64,000 nucleotides of DNA from an uncultured Gammaproteobacteria bacterium. Its GTDB lineage: Bacteria; Pseudomonadota; Gammaproteobacteria; Steroidobacterales; Steroidobacteraceae. Under the pieces are notes generated by a model. The model ran no database searches. It saw only the letters and a program-made list of their open reading frames with translations, and had not been told where the DNA came from. A program made the translations under genes and the position numbers. Of the stretch, positions 9,361-26,387 are shown one piece after another. How positions within the stretch are numbered: position 1 is the stretch's first letter; each line of letters begins with the position of its first letter. The stretch lies in NCBI GenBank assembly GCA_963837435.1, contig CAWINJ010000002.1, positions 316,457 through 380,456 of the forward strand, written 5' to 3'.

Positions 9361-10374
9361 ATGACCGCAGAGTTCCAAACCATCGATTTGCAGATTCCGG
9401 AGGAAATGGCCGGCCAGCGCCTGGACAGCGTGCTGGCGCGCTTGATGCCCGAGCATTCGCGCACCCGAATCAAGGGCTGGATCGAGGCGGGCGCCGTGAA
9501 GGTGAATCGGGCGGCGTGCAAGCCGCGCGATATCGTGGAGGCGGGATCCCGGGTCCGAGTGCAGACCACCCCGGAGGAGGCGGCGCAGCCTCAGGTATTG
9601 CCGGAGGCCATGGTGCTTCGCCGGGTGCATGAAGATGCGGACGTGCTGGTCATCGACAAACCGGCCGGCCTGGTGGTGCATCCGGGCGCCGGGAATCCAC
9701 GGCACACCTTGCAAAACGGCTTGCTGGGGCTGGACCCGAAGCTCGCGGCGCTGCCGCGAGCCGGGTTGATTCACCGGCTCGACAAGGACACCAGCGGCTT
9801 GTTGGTGGTGGCCCGCACGCCGGAGGCGCAAACCTCGCTGAGCCGTCAGCTCGAGGCGCGCACCATGGCGCGTGAATATGTGGCGGCCTGCGTGGGGGTC
9901 ATGACCGGAGGCGGGACCGTCGACGAGCCCATCGGGCGTCATCGCGGCGATCGGCTGCGGATGGCCATCCGCGTATCCGGGCGGCCGGCGGTCACGCACT
10001 ATCGGGTGCTCGAACGCTTCCGGGCGCACACTTACTTGAGTGTGAAATTGGAGACCGGGCGCACGCATCAAATCCGCCTGCACCTGTCCCATGTCAAGTA
10101 TCCCATCGTCGGCGACCCGGTCTATGGCGGGCGCTTCGCCCTGCCTCGCGGTGCGACGCAGGGCCTCATCGACACGCTGCGCGGCTTCAGACGCCAGGCC
10201 CTGCATGCCGCCACGTTGGGATTCGATCATCCGCGCACGGGCCGGCGTTTGGTCTTGCACAGCCCAGTGCCGGAGGACTTCGAGCAATTGCTCCACGCAT
10301 TGCGTGAGGACGCGCAGGAAGCGGCCAGGGAGGCTGCGCGGGCGGTTGCCCGCAAGCCCGCGCGCCTGCGATGA
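9361..10374 (+). CDS. rluD: 23S rRNA pseudouridine synthase D (RluA family with S4 domain)
   Basis: 337 aa, with the catalytic motif HRLDKDTSGLLVVA and conserved bamD<>rluD-pgeF-clpB synteny. Confidence 0.9.
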   Translation: MTAEFQTIDLQIPEEMAGQRLDSVLARLMPEHSRTRIKGWIEAGAVKVNRAACKPRDIVEAGSRVRVQTTPEEAAQPQVLPEAMVLRRVHEDADVLVIDKPAGLVVHPGAGNPRHTLQNGLLGLDPKLAALPRAGLIHRLDKDTSGLLVVARTPEAQTSLSRQLEARTMAREYVAACVGVMTGGGTVDEPIGRHRGDRLRMAIRVSGRPAVTHYRVLERFRAHTYLSVKLETGRTHQIRLHLSHVKYPIVGDPVYGGRFALPRGATQGLIDTLRGFRRQALHAATLGFDHPRTGRRLVLHSPVPEDFEQLLHALREDAQEAAREAARAVARKPARLR

Positions 10375-11147
10375 ACCCCGCTTGGATCGAGCCGGACTGG
10401 CCGGCCCCCGCGGGGGTCCGGGCGCTGTCGACCTGGCGCGGCGGCGGGGCGAGCGCGGCGCCCTATGCGTCGCTCAATTTGGGTGGCCACGTGGGTGATG
10501 CACCCCCGGCCGTCGCCGAGAACCGGCGGCGCCTGGCGGTGGCGGTCGGGTTGCCGGCGCAGCCCCTGTGGCTCGAGCAGGTGCATGGCGCGAACGTTGC
10601 CAATCTCGATCTGCTCGAGCAGAGGGAAGCGGGGTCTGTCGGGACCGCGGGGGCAATGGGCCCGGCGGATGCGGCCTATACGCGGCGCAGGGGGCGGGTG
10701 TGTGCCATCCTCACGGCCGACTGCCTGCCCATCCTGCTGGCGGCGGACTCGGGAGATTTGGTCGCGGCGGCACATGCGGGCTGGCGTGGGCTGGCGGGCG
10801 GCGTGATCGAGGCCGCGGTGGGCGCGCTGGCGGTGCCGCCTGCGAGACTCCTGGCGTGGCTGGGCCCCGCCATTGGACCCGGCCATTTCGAGGTGGGCGC
10901 GGAGGTGCGTGCGGCACTGCTGCAGGGGGACCTGGGAGCCGAAGCTGCCTTCCTGCCGAATGCGCGCGGCAGATTCATGGCGCATTTGGCGCTGCTGGCC
11001 CGGCGCCGGCTTGCTTCCCTGGGAGTGGAGCGCATCTACGGCGGGGAGCATTGCACCTATGCGGACGCCGAGCGCTACTTCTCGCATCGCCGTGACGGGA
11101 CCACCGGGCGGCAGGCGACGCTCATCTGGCTGCAGCCGAGCGGCTGA
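10371..11147 (+). CDS. pgeF: Peptidoglycan editing factor PgeF (YfiH, laccase-domain protein)
   Basis: 258 aa with the motif AAHAGWRGLAGGV. ATGA overlap with the rluD stop. Confidence 0.85.
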   Translation: MNPAWIEPDWPAPAGVRALSTWRGGGASAAPYASLNLGGHVGDAPPAVAENRRRLAVAVGLPAQPLWLEQVHGANVANLDLLEQREAGSVGTAGAMGPADAAYTRRRGRVCAILTADCLPILLAADSGDLVAAAHAGWRGLAGGVIEAAVGALAVPPARLLAWLGPAIGPGHFEVGAEVRAALLQGDLGAEAAFLPNARGRFMAHLALLARRRLASLGVERIYGGEHCTYADAERYFSHRRDGTTGRQATLIWLQPSG

Positions 11148-11176
11148 ATCGGGCTGGGTAAGTGGCGGCAAGACCG

Positions 11177-11204
11177 TTGAATTGGCGCCTCTACATCCCC
11201 AGAT
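11177..11204 (+). promoter_or_regulatory. Candidate sigma-32 (heat-shock) promoter of clpB
   Basis: gTTGAAt (11176-11182), a 14-nt spacer, then CCCCAGAT (11197-11204). Compare the E. coli sigma-32 consensus CTTGAAA-N13-15-CCCCATNT. It lies about 37 nt upstream of the clpB ATG. Confidence 0.4.
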
Positions 11205-11240
11205 CCTAGTCCATCGGAGAGCTATCTCAGGGCTATTTGT

Positions 11241-13826
<2,586 letters not shown>

Positions 13827-13895
13827 AGCCGGGCGGGCCGCCGTTCGCTATACTCGACCGGATTCGATCGAGCAGGGACGGAGAATAGGAAAAAC

Positions 13896-14408
13896 ATGCC
13901 TTTTTACGAATATCAGTGCAAGAGCTGCGGCCACGATCTCGAGGCCATGCAGAAGATCAGCGACCCACCGCTGAAGAAATGCCCGCAGTGCGGCAAGTCG
14001 CAGCTGCAACGGCTGATGTCCGCGCCCGTGTTTCGCCTCAAGGGCGGCGGCTGGTACGAGACCGACTTCAAGGGCGATCAGGACAACAAGCGCAATCTGG
14101 CCGATCGGCCGGAGGCGGATGCACCCAAGGAGGGAGCGAAGGAGGCCGGCGGCGCGAAGGATGGAGCTGCCGCGGCCGGCGACGCCAAGGAAGCCAAGGG
14201 GTCGGATGCGGCCGCGGCCAAGGACGCAGCGCCCAAGGACAAGCCTGCCGAGAAGGCGGATAAAGCGGATAAAGCGGCGTCGAAGGAATCGGCGAAGAAG
14301 GCCGGCGCCGGCAAGCGCCAGGTGCGGGTGCATACGGCCGGACGCGGCAAATCCGCGGCGAAAAGGCCGATCAAGCGACCGGTACACAAGGCGACACGCC
14401 GCGGCTAG
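13896..14408 (+). CDS. FmdB-family zinc-ribbon protein with a long Lys/Ala/Asp-rich tail
   Basis: N-terminus MPFYEYQCKSCGHDLEAMQKISDPPLKKCPQCGKSQLQRL (CxxC...CxxC). The C-terminal roughly 100 aa are low-complexity K/A/D/E/G. Confidence 0.75.
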   Translation: MPFYEYQCKSCGHDLEAMQKISDPPLKKCPQCGKSQLQRLMSAPVFRLKGGGWYETDFKGDQDNKRNLADRPEADAPKEGAKEAGGAKDGAAAAGDAKEAKGSDAAAAKDAAPKDKPAEKADKADKAASKESAKKAGAGKRQVRVHTAGRGKSAAKRPIKRPVHKATRRG

Positions 14409-14481
14409 CCGGTTCGGACTTGCCCGCGCCGTGCCCAGGCCGTAGCATCGCGCGCTTTCCTCCTGTGGATTCTTTTCGCGT

Positions 14482-16275
14482 ATGCGCACTCATTATTGCG
14501 GTCAAGTCAACGAGTCGCTGACCGGGCAGGTCGTCACCGTAGCCGGCTGGGCGCATCGCCGTCGCGACCATGGCGGCGTGATCTTCGTCGACCTGCGCGA
14601 CGCCCGGGGCCTGCTGCAGATCGTATTCGATCCCGACAAGGCGGCCGTGTTCGCGATGGCCGAGCGCGTGCGCAATGAGTTCGTGCTCAAGGTCACGGGG
14701 CTGGTGCGGGCGCGCCCGCCCGGCACCGCCAATGCCAACTTGAAGTCGGGCCAGGTCGAACTGCTCTGCCAGGAGCTCGAGATTCTCAATCGCTCCGAGC
14801 CGCTGCCGTTTCAGCTCGATGAGCATGTGAGCGAGGAGGTGCGGCTGCGCTATCGCTACATCGATCTGCGCCGCGAGGAGATGCGCGAGCGGCTGGTGCT
14901 GCGGCACCGGATCACGCGCGCGATGCGCCACTACCTTGACGAGGCGGGCTTCATCGACATCGAGACACCCATGCTCTCCAAGGCGACGCCGGAGGGGGCG
15001 CGGGACTACCTGGTGCCGAGCCGCACGCATGCCGGCAAGTTCTTCGCCTTGCCGCAGTCGCCGCAGATCTACAAGCAGCTGCTGATGATCGCCGGGCTCG
15101 ACCGCTACTATCAGATCGTGCGCTGCTTTCGCGACGAGGATTTGCGCGCCGACCGGCAACCGGAATTCACGCAGCTCGACATCGAGACCTCGTTCCTCGA
15201 CCAAGCGCAGATCCAGGAACTGATGGAGGGCTTGGTGCGGCATCTGTTCAAGCAGGTGCTCAACGTCGAATTGCCGAACCCGCTGCCGCGCATGAGCTAT
15301 GCGGAGGCCATGCGCCGCTACGGATCCGACAAGCCCGACTTGCGCGTCCCTCTCGAACTGGTCGACGTGGCGGATCTGGTCAGGGGCTGCGACTTCAAAG
15401 TGTTCGCGGGCCCGGCGGCCGATCCGCGCGGCCGGGTGACGGCCCTGTGCGTGCCGCAGGGCGGCAAGCTGTCGCGCAAGGAGATCGACGACTATACCGC
15501 ATTCGTGGCGCGCTACGGCGCGAAGGGACTGGCCTATGTGAAGGTCAATGAGGCGGCGAAGGGGCGCGAGGGCCTGCAGTCGCCGATTCTAAAATTCCTG
15601 AGCGATGCCGCGGTGAGCGGAATTCTCGAGCGCACCGGCGCCGCCGACGGCGATTTGATTTTCTTCGGCGCCGACAGCGGCAAAGTGGTGAGCGATGCCT
15701 TGGGGGCGCTGCGCCTGAAGGTCGGCCAGGATCTGAAGCTCGCGGCGCCGGGGTGGCGGCCGCTCTGGGTGGTGGATTTCCCGATGTTCGAGTGGGACGC
15801 GGACGCCAAGCGCTGGCAGGCCATGCATCACCCGTTCACCAGCCCGGCGAACCTGGACTATGCGGCGCTCGCCGCGAGCCCGGGCGAAGCTACGGCAAAA
15901 GCCTACGACATGGTGCTCAACGGCTCCGAGATCGGCGGCGGGTCGGTGCGTATTCATTCGCAGGAACTGCAGTCCGTGGTATTCGACTTGCTGGGTATAT
16001 CGCCGGAAGAGGCTCGCACCAAGTTCGGCTTCCTGCTCGATGCGCTCAAGTTCGGCGCGCCGCCGCACGGCGGCATCGCCTTTGGGCTCGATCGGCTGGC
16101 CATGTTGATGGCCGGAGCGGACAGCATTCGCGACGTCATCGCCTTCCCGAAGACGCAGACGGCGGCCGACCCGCTGATGGACGCGCCGACGGAAGTCAGC
16201 GAGGCGCAGCTTCGGGAGCTGCACATCCGGGTGCGCATCCCGCCCAAGATCGATGGGCCAACCAGGGCCGATTGA
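14482..16275 (+). CDS. aspS: Aspartate--tRNA ligase
   Basis: 597-aa class II aaRS with motifs [26 protein letters not shown] and GLDRL. Confidence 0.95.
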   Translation: MRTHYCGQVNESLTGQVVTVAGWAHRRRDHGGVIFVDLRDARGLLQIVFDPDKAAVFAMAERVRNEFVLKVTGLVRARPPGTANANLKSGQVELLCQELEILNRSEPLPFQLDEHVSEEVRLRYRYIDLRREEMRERLVLRHRITRAMRHYLDEAGFIDIETPMLSKATPEGARDYLVPSRTHAGKFFALPQSPQIYKQLLMIAGLDRYYQIVRCFRDEDLRADRQPEFTQLDIETSFLDQAQIQELMEGLVRHLFKQVLNVELPNPLPRMSYAEAMRRYGSDKPDLRVPLELVDVADLVRGCDFKVFAGPAADPRGRVTALCVPQGGKLSRKEIDDYTAFVARYGAKGLAYVKVNEAAKGREGLQSPILKFLSDAAVSGILERTGAADGDLIFFGADSGKVVSDALGALRLKVGQDLKLAAPGWRPLWVVDFPMFEWDADAKRWQAMHHPFTSPANLDYAALAASPGEATAKAYDMVLNGSEIGGGSVRIHSQELQSVVFDLLGISPEEARTKFGFLLDALKFGAPPHGGIAFGLDRLAMLMAGADSIRDVIAFPKTQTAADPLMDAPTEVSEAQLRELHIRVRIPPKIDGPTRAD

Positions 16276-16293
16276 CCCCGCGTCAAAGTTCCA

Positions 16294-16728
16294 GTGAACC
16301 GCCCAGCCTTTCGGCGACCTGAATCGGTGTTGATCGTGATCCACACCGACGGCGGCGAATTCCTGCTGCTCGAGCGCCGGCGCCCGCCGGGATTTTGGCA
16401 GTCGGTGACGGGCAGCCTGGAATGGGGGGAATTGGCGGACGACGCCGCGCGCCGCGAGGTCATCGAGGAAACCGGCATCACTCAGGGCGTGCTCATCAAT
16501 CTGCAGTGGACCCAGGTGTACGAAATTCTGCCGGCTTTCGGCAAGGTGTACGCGCCCGGCATCACGCGCAACCTCGAACACGCGTTCTCTCTCAGGCTGG
16601 CGCAGCGCGTGCCCGTGATCTTGAGCGATTCGGAGCATGTGCAGTATCGCTGGGCGTCGGCCGCCGAGGCCGTCAATACGGTCTCCTCGAGCACGAACCG
16701 CACCATCATCCAAGATCTGCGGGCTTAG
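16294..16728 (+). CDS. nudB: Nudix hydrolase, probable dihydroneopterin triphosphate diphosphatase
   Basis: GTG start. Nudix box GSLEWGELADDAARREVIEETGI. It lies immediately downstream of aspS, where nudB lies next to aspS in E. coli. Confidence 0.7.
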   Translation: MNRPAFRRPESVLIVIHTDGGEFLLLERRRPPGFWQSVTGSLEWGELADDAARREVIEETGITQGVLINLQWTQVYEILPAFGKVYAPGITRNLEHAFSLRLAQRVPVILSDSEHVQYRWASAAEAVNTVSSSTNRTIIQDLRA

Positions 16729-16733
16729 CCTCG

Positions 16734-17371
16734 ATGAGCACCGTGATTGTCTATGTGCACGGACTGTGGCAGAGAGGCGGCGAGGCTCTGTGGCTGCGGC
16801 GCCGGTTGGCGCGGACCCTGGCGGCGGATGTACGGGCGTTCTCCTATCCGTCGGTTGCCGCCACTGCCGCGGCCAGCGCTCAGGCCTTGGCCGAGTACCT
16901 GGCCACACTAGCTGCCGATACCGTGCACCTGGTGGGCCACAGCCTGGGCGGTGTGCTGATCGTGAAAGCATTCGCGGAACACGCCGAGGCGCTGGCGCGA
17001 ATGCCGCCCGGGCGCGTCGTGCTGCTGGGCTCGCCCCTGGGCGGCAGCCGCAGCGCCCGCAACTTGGCGCGGCTGCCTTTCGGCAAGAAAATCATGGGGC
17101 CGGCCGTCGCCGAGGAATTGCTGGTGCCGCACGCGCGCTGCTGGCGCCAGAGCCGCGATTTGGGGGTCATCGCGGGCGATTTGGGCGTGGGTTTGGGACG
17201 ACTGGTGGGCGTCCTGGGAGGGGCGAGCGATGGGACCATCAAAGTCGAGGAAACCGAACTCGACGGCGCCGCGGACCGGGTGGTGCTGCGGGTGAGTCAC
17301 ACCGGGATGCTGTTCTCCGCGGCCGTCGCGCGGGCGGCGAGCACCTTCTTGAGCACAGGGCGGTTCAAGGC

Positions 17372-17375
<4 letters not shown>
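16734..17375 (+). CDS. Alpha/beta-fold hydrolase (lipase/PGAP1-like)
   Basis: ATG 16734 ([12 protein letters not shown]...). Nucleophile elbow GHSLGG. The track ORF start at 16395 is an in-frame extension overlapping nudB. Confidence 0.65.
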
Positions 17376-20008
<2,633 letters not shown>

Positions 20009-20079
20009 ATCGAGAGCGCTGCTAACATACACGCCAAAGCGCCGGCCATTCATCCGGTGAGCGCCGAGCACCATCCCGC

Positions 20080-20577
20080 ATGCCGAATTCAGATCATGAT
20101 CTTGCGCGCTTGGCCGCCCATGTGGGGCGCCACTTATTGGATGGCCGACGCAGCGTGGCGACGGCGGAATCCTGCACCGGCGGGTGGATTGCCAAAGCGC
20201 TCACCGATATCGCGGGAAGCTCGCAATGGTTCATCGAAGGCTGGGTGACCTACAGCGATCGATCCAAGGTCTCCCGTCTGGCGGTATCGCCCGCCGTGCT
20301 GAAGCGGCGGGGTGCGGTGAGCCAAGCCACGGCGCGGCAAATGGCGGCCGGGGCACTCAGGAGTTCGGGCGCACAGCTGGCGGTGGCGGTCACCGGCATT
20401 GCCGGCCCGGGCGGTGCGGTGCCCGGCAAGCCCGTTGGAACTGTGTGGCTGGCCTGGGCACAGCGGCGCGGGCGCGCGATACGTGTTGCCGTGCAACTGA
20501 AGCATTTTCGCGGCGACCGCGACGCCGTGCGCCGCAAGACCGTGCGTGCCGCGCTTCAAGGGCTGCTGAAGCGGTAG
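20080..20577 (+). CDS. pncC: Nicotinamide-nucleotide amidohydrolase (CinA C-terminal domain protein)
   Basis: 165 aa with [22 protein letters not shown]. Typical mutS<>cinA-recA neighbourhood. Confidence 0.85.
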   Translation: MPNSDHDLARLAAHVGRHLLDGRRSVATAESCTGGWIAKALTDIAGSSQWFIEGWVTYSDRSKVSRLAVSPAVLKRRGAVSQATARQMAAGALRSSGAQLAVAVTGIAGPGGAVPGKPVGTVWLAWAQRRGRAIRVAVQLKHFRGDRDAVRRKTVRAALQGLLKR

Positions 20578-20613
20578 GCGCCGTGGCCGGCGCCTCGCGG
20601 AGATCTTGTCATC

Positions 20614-21168
20614 GTGCGATTGTTCTTTGCACTGTGGCCCGATACCGACACGCGCGCCCGTATCGCCGCGACGGCCGCGGCGCTGTGCCTGGACGGCCAC
20701 GCGAAACCCGTGCCGCGGGAGAACTATCACCTCACCCTGGCCTTCATCGGCGAGGTCGCGCCGATCGAAGTCGCCGTGCTGCGGCAGATCGGCGCCGCGC
20801 AACGGGCGACCCGCTGCAGAATTAGAATCGATGCATGCGAATACTGGCCGCAATCGCAAGTGCTGGTCGCCGCCGCGCAAGCGCCGCCCCTGCAGTTGAG
20901 TGAGCTGCAGGAGCGGCTGCGCGACGATCTTGCGCTGCGCCCGACGGCTGCGGCGCCCGATCGCCCGCATCCGGTCTGGCGCGCGCATGTCACGCTGGCG
21001 AGAAAGGTGGCGCAAGCCCCTGTGCTGCAAGCAATGTCGCATTTCTATTGGAACGCAGAATCATTCAGCCTGGTGCGCTCCGATTCGGCCGGCGCACACT
21101 CGATCTATACAGTAGTCGATACCTGGCCACTACTGTATGGGACGCCAAATAAATCGAAATCTCTTTAA
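20614..21168 (+). CDS. thpR: RNA 2',3'-cyclic phosphodiesterase (2H phosphoesterase, LigT/ThpR)
   Basis: GTG start. Two H-x-T/S-x motifs (HLTLAF and HVTLAR). N-terminus MRLFFALWP. Confidence 0.8.
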   Translation: MRLFFALWPDTDTRARIAATAAALCLDGHAKPVPRENYHLTLAFIGEVAPIEVAVLRQIGAAQRATRCRIRIDACEYWPQSQVLVAAAQAPPLQLSELQERLRDDLALRPTAAAPDRPHPVWRAHVTLARKVAQAPVLQAMSHFYWNAESFSLVRSDSAGAHSIYTVVDTWPLLYGTPNKSKSL

Positions 21169-21241
21169 TTTCGGTGCATATGGGCTGAGCGTTCGGCGCC
21201 GAATATGAAATAATAGCGACACACTTCGTCGAGGACTCCCC

Positions 21242-22273
<1,032 letters not shown>

Positions 22274-22277
22274 CGCC

Positions 22278-22766
22278 CTGGGCCGCGCAGAGCTCGACCC
22301 TCTGGATGCACGAGCGGCCCGCGCAACGGCGCTGGATGCACTCGCCCGCCGCGACCACCCCGGCGAGGAATTGCGCCGTAAGCTGCTCGAGAAGGGGTAC
22401 GATGCGGCCATCGTCGCGCCGCTGCTCGATGCGTTGCGCGCCGAAAAACTGCTCGATGACAGGCGCTACACGGAGAATTTCGTGGCTTATCATGCCGCGC
22501 GCGGCCAGGGGCCGCTGCGGGTGCGCGCCGAGCTACGCCGGCATGGATTGGAGGGGGATCTGGTCGAGGAGTGCGTGAGCGCTTTCCCCGGCTGGATTGT
22601 GCAACTGCGAAGGGCGCGCGAAAAGAAATTCGGCGCCAAGTCGCCGGGCAACTACGCCGACAAGCAGCGCCAGGTGCGATTTCTGGGTTACCGAGGATTC
22701 ACGAGCGCCCAGATACGAACGGCCTTAGGATTCGATATTGACCTCGATGCCGCAGACACTGAATGA
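22278..22766 (+). CDS. recX: Recombination regulator RecX (start codon non-canonical or uncertain)
   Basis: The track ORF (TTG 22371) begins inside the conserved N-terminal helix. In-frame upstream sequence [27 protein letters not shown] is clearly RecX-like. There is no ATG/GTG/TTG between the in-frame stop (22242-22244) and 22371. CTG 22278 lies 9 nt after AAGAGG (22263-22268). Confidence 0.7.
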   Translation: MGRAELDPLDARAARATALDALARRDHPGEELRRKLLEKGYDAAIVAPLLDALRAEKLLDDRRYTENFVAYHAARGQGPLRVRAELRRHGLEGDLVEECVSAFPGWIVQLRRAREKKFGAKSPGNYADKQRQVRFLGYRGFTSAQIRTALGFDIDLDAADTE

Positions 22767-22795
22767 ACATGAAACGCGACGCCAGATTGAAATCG

Positions 22796-25396
22796 ATGAC
22801 GAGCACGGAAATCCGGGGAAGCTTCCTGGAATTCTTCCGCAAGAACGGGCATGCAGTATTGCCTTCGAGCTCGCTCGTTCCGGGGAACGATCCCACGCTG
22901 CTGTTCACCAACGCCGGCATGGTCCAGTTCAAGGATTTGTTTCTCGGCAAGGAAGTGCGCGACTACTCGCGCGCCGCCACGGCGCAGCGCTGCGTGCGCG
23001 CCGGCGGCAAGCACAACGACTTGGAGAACGTGGGCTACACCGCGAGGCACCATACATTCTTCGAGATGCTGGGTAATTTCAGCTTCGGCGACTACTTCAA
23101 GCGCGAGGCCATTCATTTCGCGTGGAACTTCGTCACCGGGACACTGGGCATTCCGAAGGACCGGTTGTGGGTGACGGTGTACCAGGAGGACGATGAAGCG
23201 CAGCGCATCTGGACCGAGGAAATCGGCATCGATCCGACGCGATGCACGCGCATGGGCGAGAAGTCCAATTTCTGGTCCATGGGCGAAACCGGTCCCTGCG
23301 GACCGTGCTCGGAGATTTTCTACGATCACGGCGCGGACATCGCCGGAGGGCCGCCGGGCACGCCCGACGAGGACGGCGATCGCTATGTGGAGATCTGGAA
23401 CCTCGTATTCATGCAGTACGACCGCTCGACGGACGGCGTGTTGGTGCCGCTGCCCAAACCCTCGGTGGATACCGGCATGGGATTGGAGCGCGTCGCGGCC
23501 GTGATGCAGGGAGTCCACAGCAACTACGACATCGACTTGTTCAGAGCGCTGATCCGCTCGGCGGCGCAGGTCACGGGCACCGAGGATCTCGAGTCGTCGA
23601 GCCTGCGGGTGATCGCCGATCACATCCGCGCCTGTACCTTCTTGATCATCGACGGCGTCGTGCCCTCCAATGAGGGCCGCGGCTATGTATTGCGGCGCAT
23701 CATCCGGCGGGCGATTCGCCATGGCTACAAGCTGGGTCAAATCCAACCTTTTTTCCATAAGCTGGTGGCGAGCCTGGTTCGGGAAATGGGCGCCTACTAC
23801 GCCGAATTGGTGAGCGGCGAAGCGCGCGCAACGCAAATCCTCGCGCAAGAAGAAGTCCGCTTTGCCGAGACTTTGTCCACCGGGATGGCGCTGCTCGATG
23901 CGGAGGCGGCTAAGCTCACCTCCACGGTCATTCCCGGCGAAACCGTGTTTCGTCTATACGACACCTATGGCTTCCCCTTGGATTTGACGGCCGATGTGGC
24001 GCGCGAACGCGGGCTCAGCATCGATCAGGCGGGTTTCGATGCCGCCATGGAGGCGCAGCGCGGGCGGGCGCGCGCCGCGAGTAAATTCGGCGCGGATCTG
24101 CGCGGCTCGATCAAGCTGCCGGGCAAGACGGACTTCCTGGGCTACGATCGGCTGGCCGACCGGGGCGTGGTGACCTCCTTGATTTTCGACGGCGCGGTGG
24201 TCGATGCCTTGCGGCCCGGCCAAGAAGGCCAGGTGGTGCTGGACCATACGCCGTTCTACGCGGAGAGCGGCGGCCAGATCGGCGATGCCGGCGAACTCGG
24301 CGGCGATGCGGCCCGCTTCATCGTGCGGGACACGCAGAAAATCGGTGCCTCATTTGCGCATGAGGGAGTGCTCGAATCCGGCGAGCTGCGAGTGGGCGAT
24401 GTGGTGGAAGCGAAAGTCAACGCGGAGCGCCGCACGGCCATCGCGCTCAATCATTCCGCGACGCACCTGCTGCATGCGGCCTTGAGAAAGGTGCTGGGCC
24501 TGCACGTCGAGCAGAAGGGTTCGCTGGTCGCTGCGGACCGGCTGCGTTTCGATTTTTCCCACACGCAAGCCGTCTCGCCCGAGGAATTGCACCGCATCGA
24601 GGAACTCGTGAATTCCGCCATTCGCCGCAATGCGCCGGTGGAGACACGGGTCATGGCGCTCGATGAGGCGGTCGCCGCAGGCGCGATGTCCTTGTTCGGC
24701 GAAAAGTACGAGAGCGACGTTCGGGTGTTGTCGATCGGGGATTTTTCGATGGAACTCTGCGGCGGCACCCACGTCGAACGTGCTGGCGATATTGGATTGT
24801 TCAAGATCCTGAGCGAATCGGGCGTCGCGGCCGGAGTGCGCCGCATCGAAGCGGTCACCGGCAGGACGGCGTACGAGTGGGTGGTGCATACCGATCAGGT
24901 ACTTCGAGACATTGCTGCGCTGCTTCGGGGCAGCCGCGAGGACGTGGACGAGAAGGTGCGAGAGCTCGTCGAGCGCTCGCGCAAGCTGGAAAAAGAGGTG
25001 CAGCAGCTCAAATCCAAACTCGCCAGCGGCCAGGGCGGGGATTTGACCTCTCAGGCAAAGGATGTGGAGGGAATTAAGGTTTTAGCTGCACGAATCGACG
25101 ACGCAGATGCCAAGTCCCTGCGCGACGCCGTGGATCAGCTGAAGGGAAAATTGGGCTCTTGCGTCATCGTGCTGGCGACGGTGCAAGAGGGCAAAGTGGT
25201 GCTGGTGGCCGGTGTTTCAGCGGATTTGCTGGCCCGTATGAAGGCCGGAGAGATCGCCGGCGCCGTGGCCGCACAGGTCGGCGGGAAGGGCGGGGGCCGC
25301 GCCGACTTCGCCCAGGCAGGCGGTACTCAGCCTGAAAACCTGGGCAAGGCGCTGGCGGGGGTCGAGTCCCTGATACGGAGCCGCCTGGCTAATTGA
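22796..25396 (+). CDS. alaS: Alanine--tRNA ligase
   Basis: ATG 22796 gives [19 protein letters not shown], the canonical AlaS N-terminus. [18 protein letters not shown] is present. The track start at 22763 adds 11 residues and overlaps the recX stop. Confidence 0.95.
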   Translation: MTSTEIRGSFLEFFRKNGHAVLPSSSLVPGNDPTLLFTNAGMVQFKDLFLGKEVRDYSRAATAQRCVRAGGKHNDLENVGYTARHHTFFEMLGNFSFGDYFKREAIHFAWNFVTGTLGIPKDRLWVTVYQEDDEAQRIWTEEIGIDPTRCTRMGEKSNFWSMGETGPCGPCSEIFYDHGADIAGGPPGTPDEDGDRYVEIWNLVFMQYDRSTDGVLVPLPKPSVDTGMGLERVAAVMQGVHSNYDIDLFRALIRSAAQVTGTEDLESSSLRVIADHIRACTFLIIDGVVPSNEGRGYVLRRIIRRAIRHGYKLGQIQPFFHKLVASLVREMGAYYAELVSGEARATQILAQEEVRFAETLSTGMALLDAEAAKLTSTVIPGETVFRLYDTYGFPLDLTADVARERGLSIDQAGFDAAMEAQRGRARAASKFGADLRGSIKLPGKTDFLGYDRLADRGVVTSLIFDGAVVDALRPGQEGQVVLDHTPFYAESGGQIGDAGELGGDAARFIVRDTQKIGASFAHEGVLESGELRVGDVVEAKVNAERRTAIALNHSATHLLHAALRKVLGLHVEQKGSLVAADRLRFDFSHTQAVSPEELHRIEELVNSAIRRNAPVETRVMALDEAVAAGAMSLFGEKYESDVRVLSIGDFSMELCGGTHVERAGDIGLFKILSESGVAAGVRRIEAVTGRTAYEWVVHTDQVLRDIAALLRGSREDVDEKVRELVERSRKLEKEVQQLKSKLASGQGGDLTSQAKDVEGIKVLAARIDDADAKSLRDAVDQLKGKLGSCVIVLATVQEGKVVLVAGVSADLLARMKAGEIAGAVAAQVGGKGGGRADFAQAGGTQPENLGKALAGVESLIRSRLAN

Positions 25397-25547
25397 ACGG
25401 TTTGTTTTTTATGACAAGTAGATGCAACAATTGAGTCGAGTTCTTGTATTCTTGAGGCGACTGGATTGCGAACGAATGGTTGATGGCGAAGCGGTATAGA
25501 GCGGTCATTGTTGTCGCCGCGGTGCCAAGGAAGTTAGGAGTTCCATT

Positions 25548-25769
25548 ATGTTGATATTGACCAGGCGTGTCGGCGAGACCGTGATGATCGGCAACGAAGT
25601 CACGGTGACGGTATTGGGCGTCAAAGGCAACCAAGTCCGGATTGGAGTCAACGCGCCAAAGGATGTGGCCGTCCACCGCGAAGAGATCTATGAGCGCATC
25701 AAGCGCGAGGAAGACCAGCACGACTCCCGATCCGGCGCTCCGGTCGCCAAGATCGTCGATGACGCCTGA
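25548..25769 (+). CDS. csrA: Carbon storage regulator CsrA
   Basis: [51 protein letters not shown]-containing leader (aaGGAagttaGGAgtt) directly upstream. Confidence 0.95.
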   Translation: MLILTRRVGETVMIGNEVTVTVLGVKGNQVRIGVNAPKDVAVHREEIYERIKREEDQHDSRSGAPVAKIVDDA

Positions 25770-25867
25770 ACGCGCCTGACCCAGCCGAATAAGCCCCTTT
25801 GGCTTTACCTGGACTGCTCCGGACGGGTATGATCCCGCGCTCCGCGATTGGGCCAATTGCCCTAACC

Positions 25868-25958
25868 GGAGAGGTGGCCGAGTGGTCGAAGGCGCGCCCC
25901 TGCTAAGGGCGTATGGGTCAAAAGCCCATCGAGGGTTCGAATCCCTCCCTCTCCGCCA
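25868..25958 (+). tRNA. tRNA-Ser (anticodon GCU), long variable arm, encoded CCA
   Basis: Acceptor GGAGAGG/CCTCTCC. Anticodon stem CGCCC/GGGCG with loop CTGCTAA. T-arm GAGGGTTCGAATCCCTC. Ends GCCA. Confidence 0.9.
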
Positions 25959-26303
25959 TAGGGCACATCAATTCCCGACGTTTGCGATCACTCGGTCGTG
26001 GCAGCCACGAAGCCGGGATTCGAACCCGAGATATAAACAAGGGGGTTCGACAAAATCGCCGCAGGCGATTTTGGACGACGCAGCGCAGCTGCGGCGGTCC
26101 GGAGCGAAGCGGCGCAGCCCACCTATCGCCCTCGCAACTATGTTAGGTTTCAACGCTGGACAAACGCATTACTCGTTATAGCAGTCACGCAGCGATGAAG
26201 GCGGATCAATATCGGGCCTGGCTACGCCTGCCCGCAAGCGAGCGAATTCGCGCCGTGATGGACCTTAATCTGGAACTCTACGCTTTGAAGGGAGGGGTAT
26301 CGG

Positions 26304-26387
26304 ATGCACCGAGACTTCAAAGAACTCTTGTCCGCATTCAACGAAGGCCACGTTAAATATTTGGTGGTTGGAGCGTACGCGGAATGA
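26304..26387 (+). pseudogene. Truncated N-terminal fragment of a nucleotidyltransferase-type (toxin-antitoxin-like) gene, overlapped by a 53-codon upstream ORF (26195-26356)
   Basis: Hand translation MHRDFKELLSAFNEGHVKYLVVGAYAE-stop. This resembles the start of small nucleotidyltransferase-fold proteins (..FKELL..LN...V.YL.VGGYA..) but stops after 27 residues. The upstream ORF reads MKADQYRAWLRLPASERIRAVMDLNLELYALKGGV.... Both are below the track length cut-off. Confidence 0.3.

Noticed and set aside
8485-10296. 603-aa minus ORF taken at face value as one large protein
   Set aside because: Only the C-terminal 265 codons (from GTG 9282) are BamD with a proper lipoprotein signal. The upstream part is antisense to rluD and is in frame only by chance. 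The same applies to the N-terminal extensions of track ORFs 6372, 16395, 33263, 44740, 42858 and 60515.
21107-21138. A canonical LexA SOS box for recA
   Set aside because: The dyad has the half-site words in the wrong relative orientation and spacing for CTGT-N8-ACAG or for the Xanthomonadales TTAGTA..TACTAA box. It is reported only as an unusual inverted repeat.
26005-26029. A functional tRNA gene on the minus strand
   Set aside because: Only a T-arm plus 3' acceptor-like string is present. The matching 5' acceptor strand (CACGAAG) is not found upstream on that strand. No D-arm or anticodon-arm geometry can be drawn, and CCA does not follow the discriminator position.
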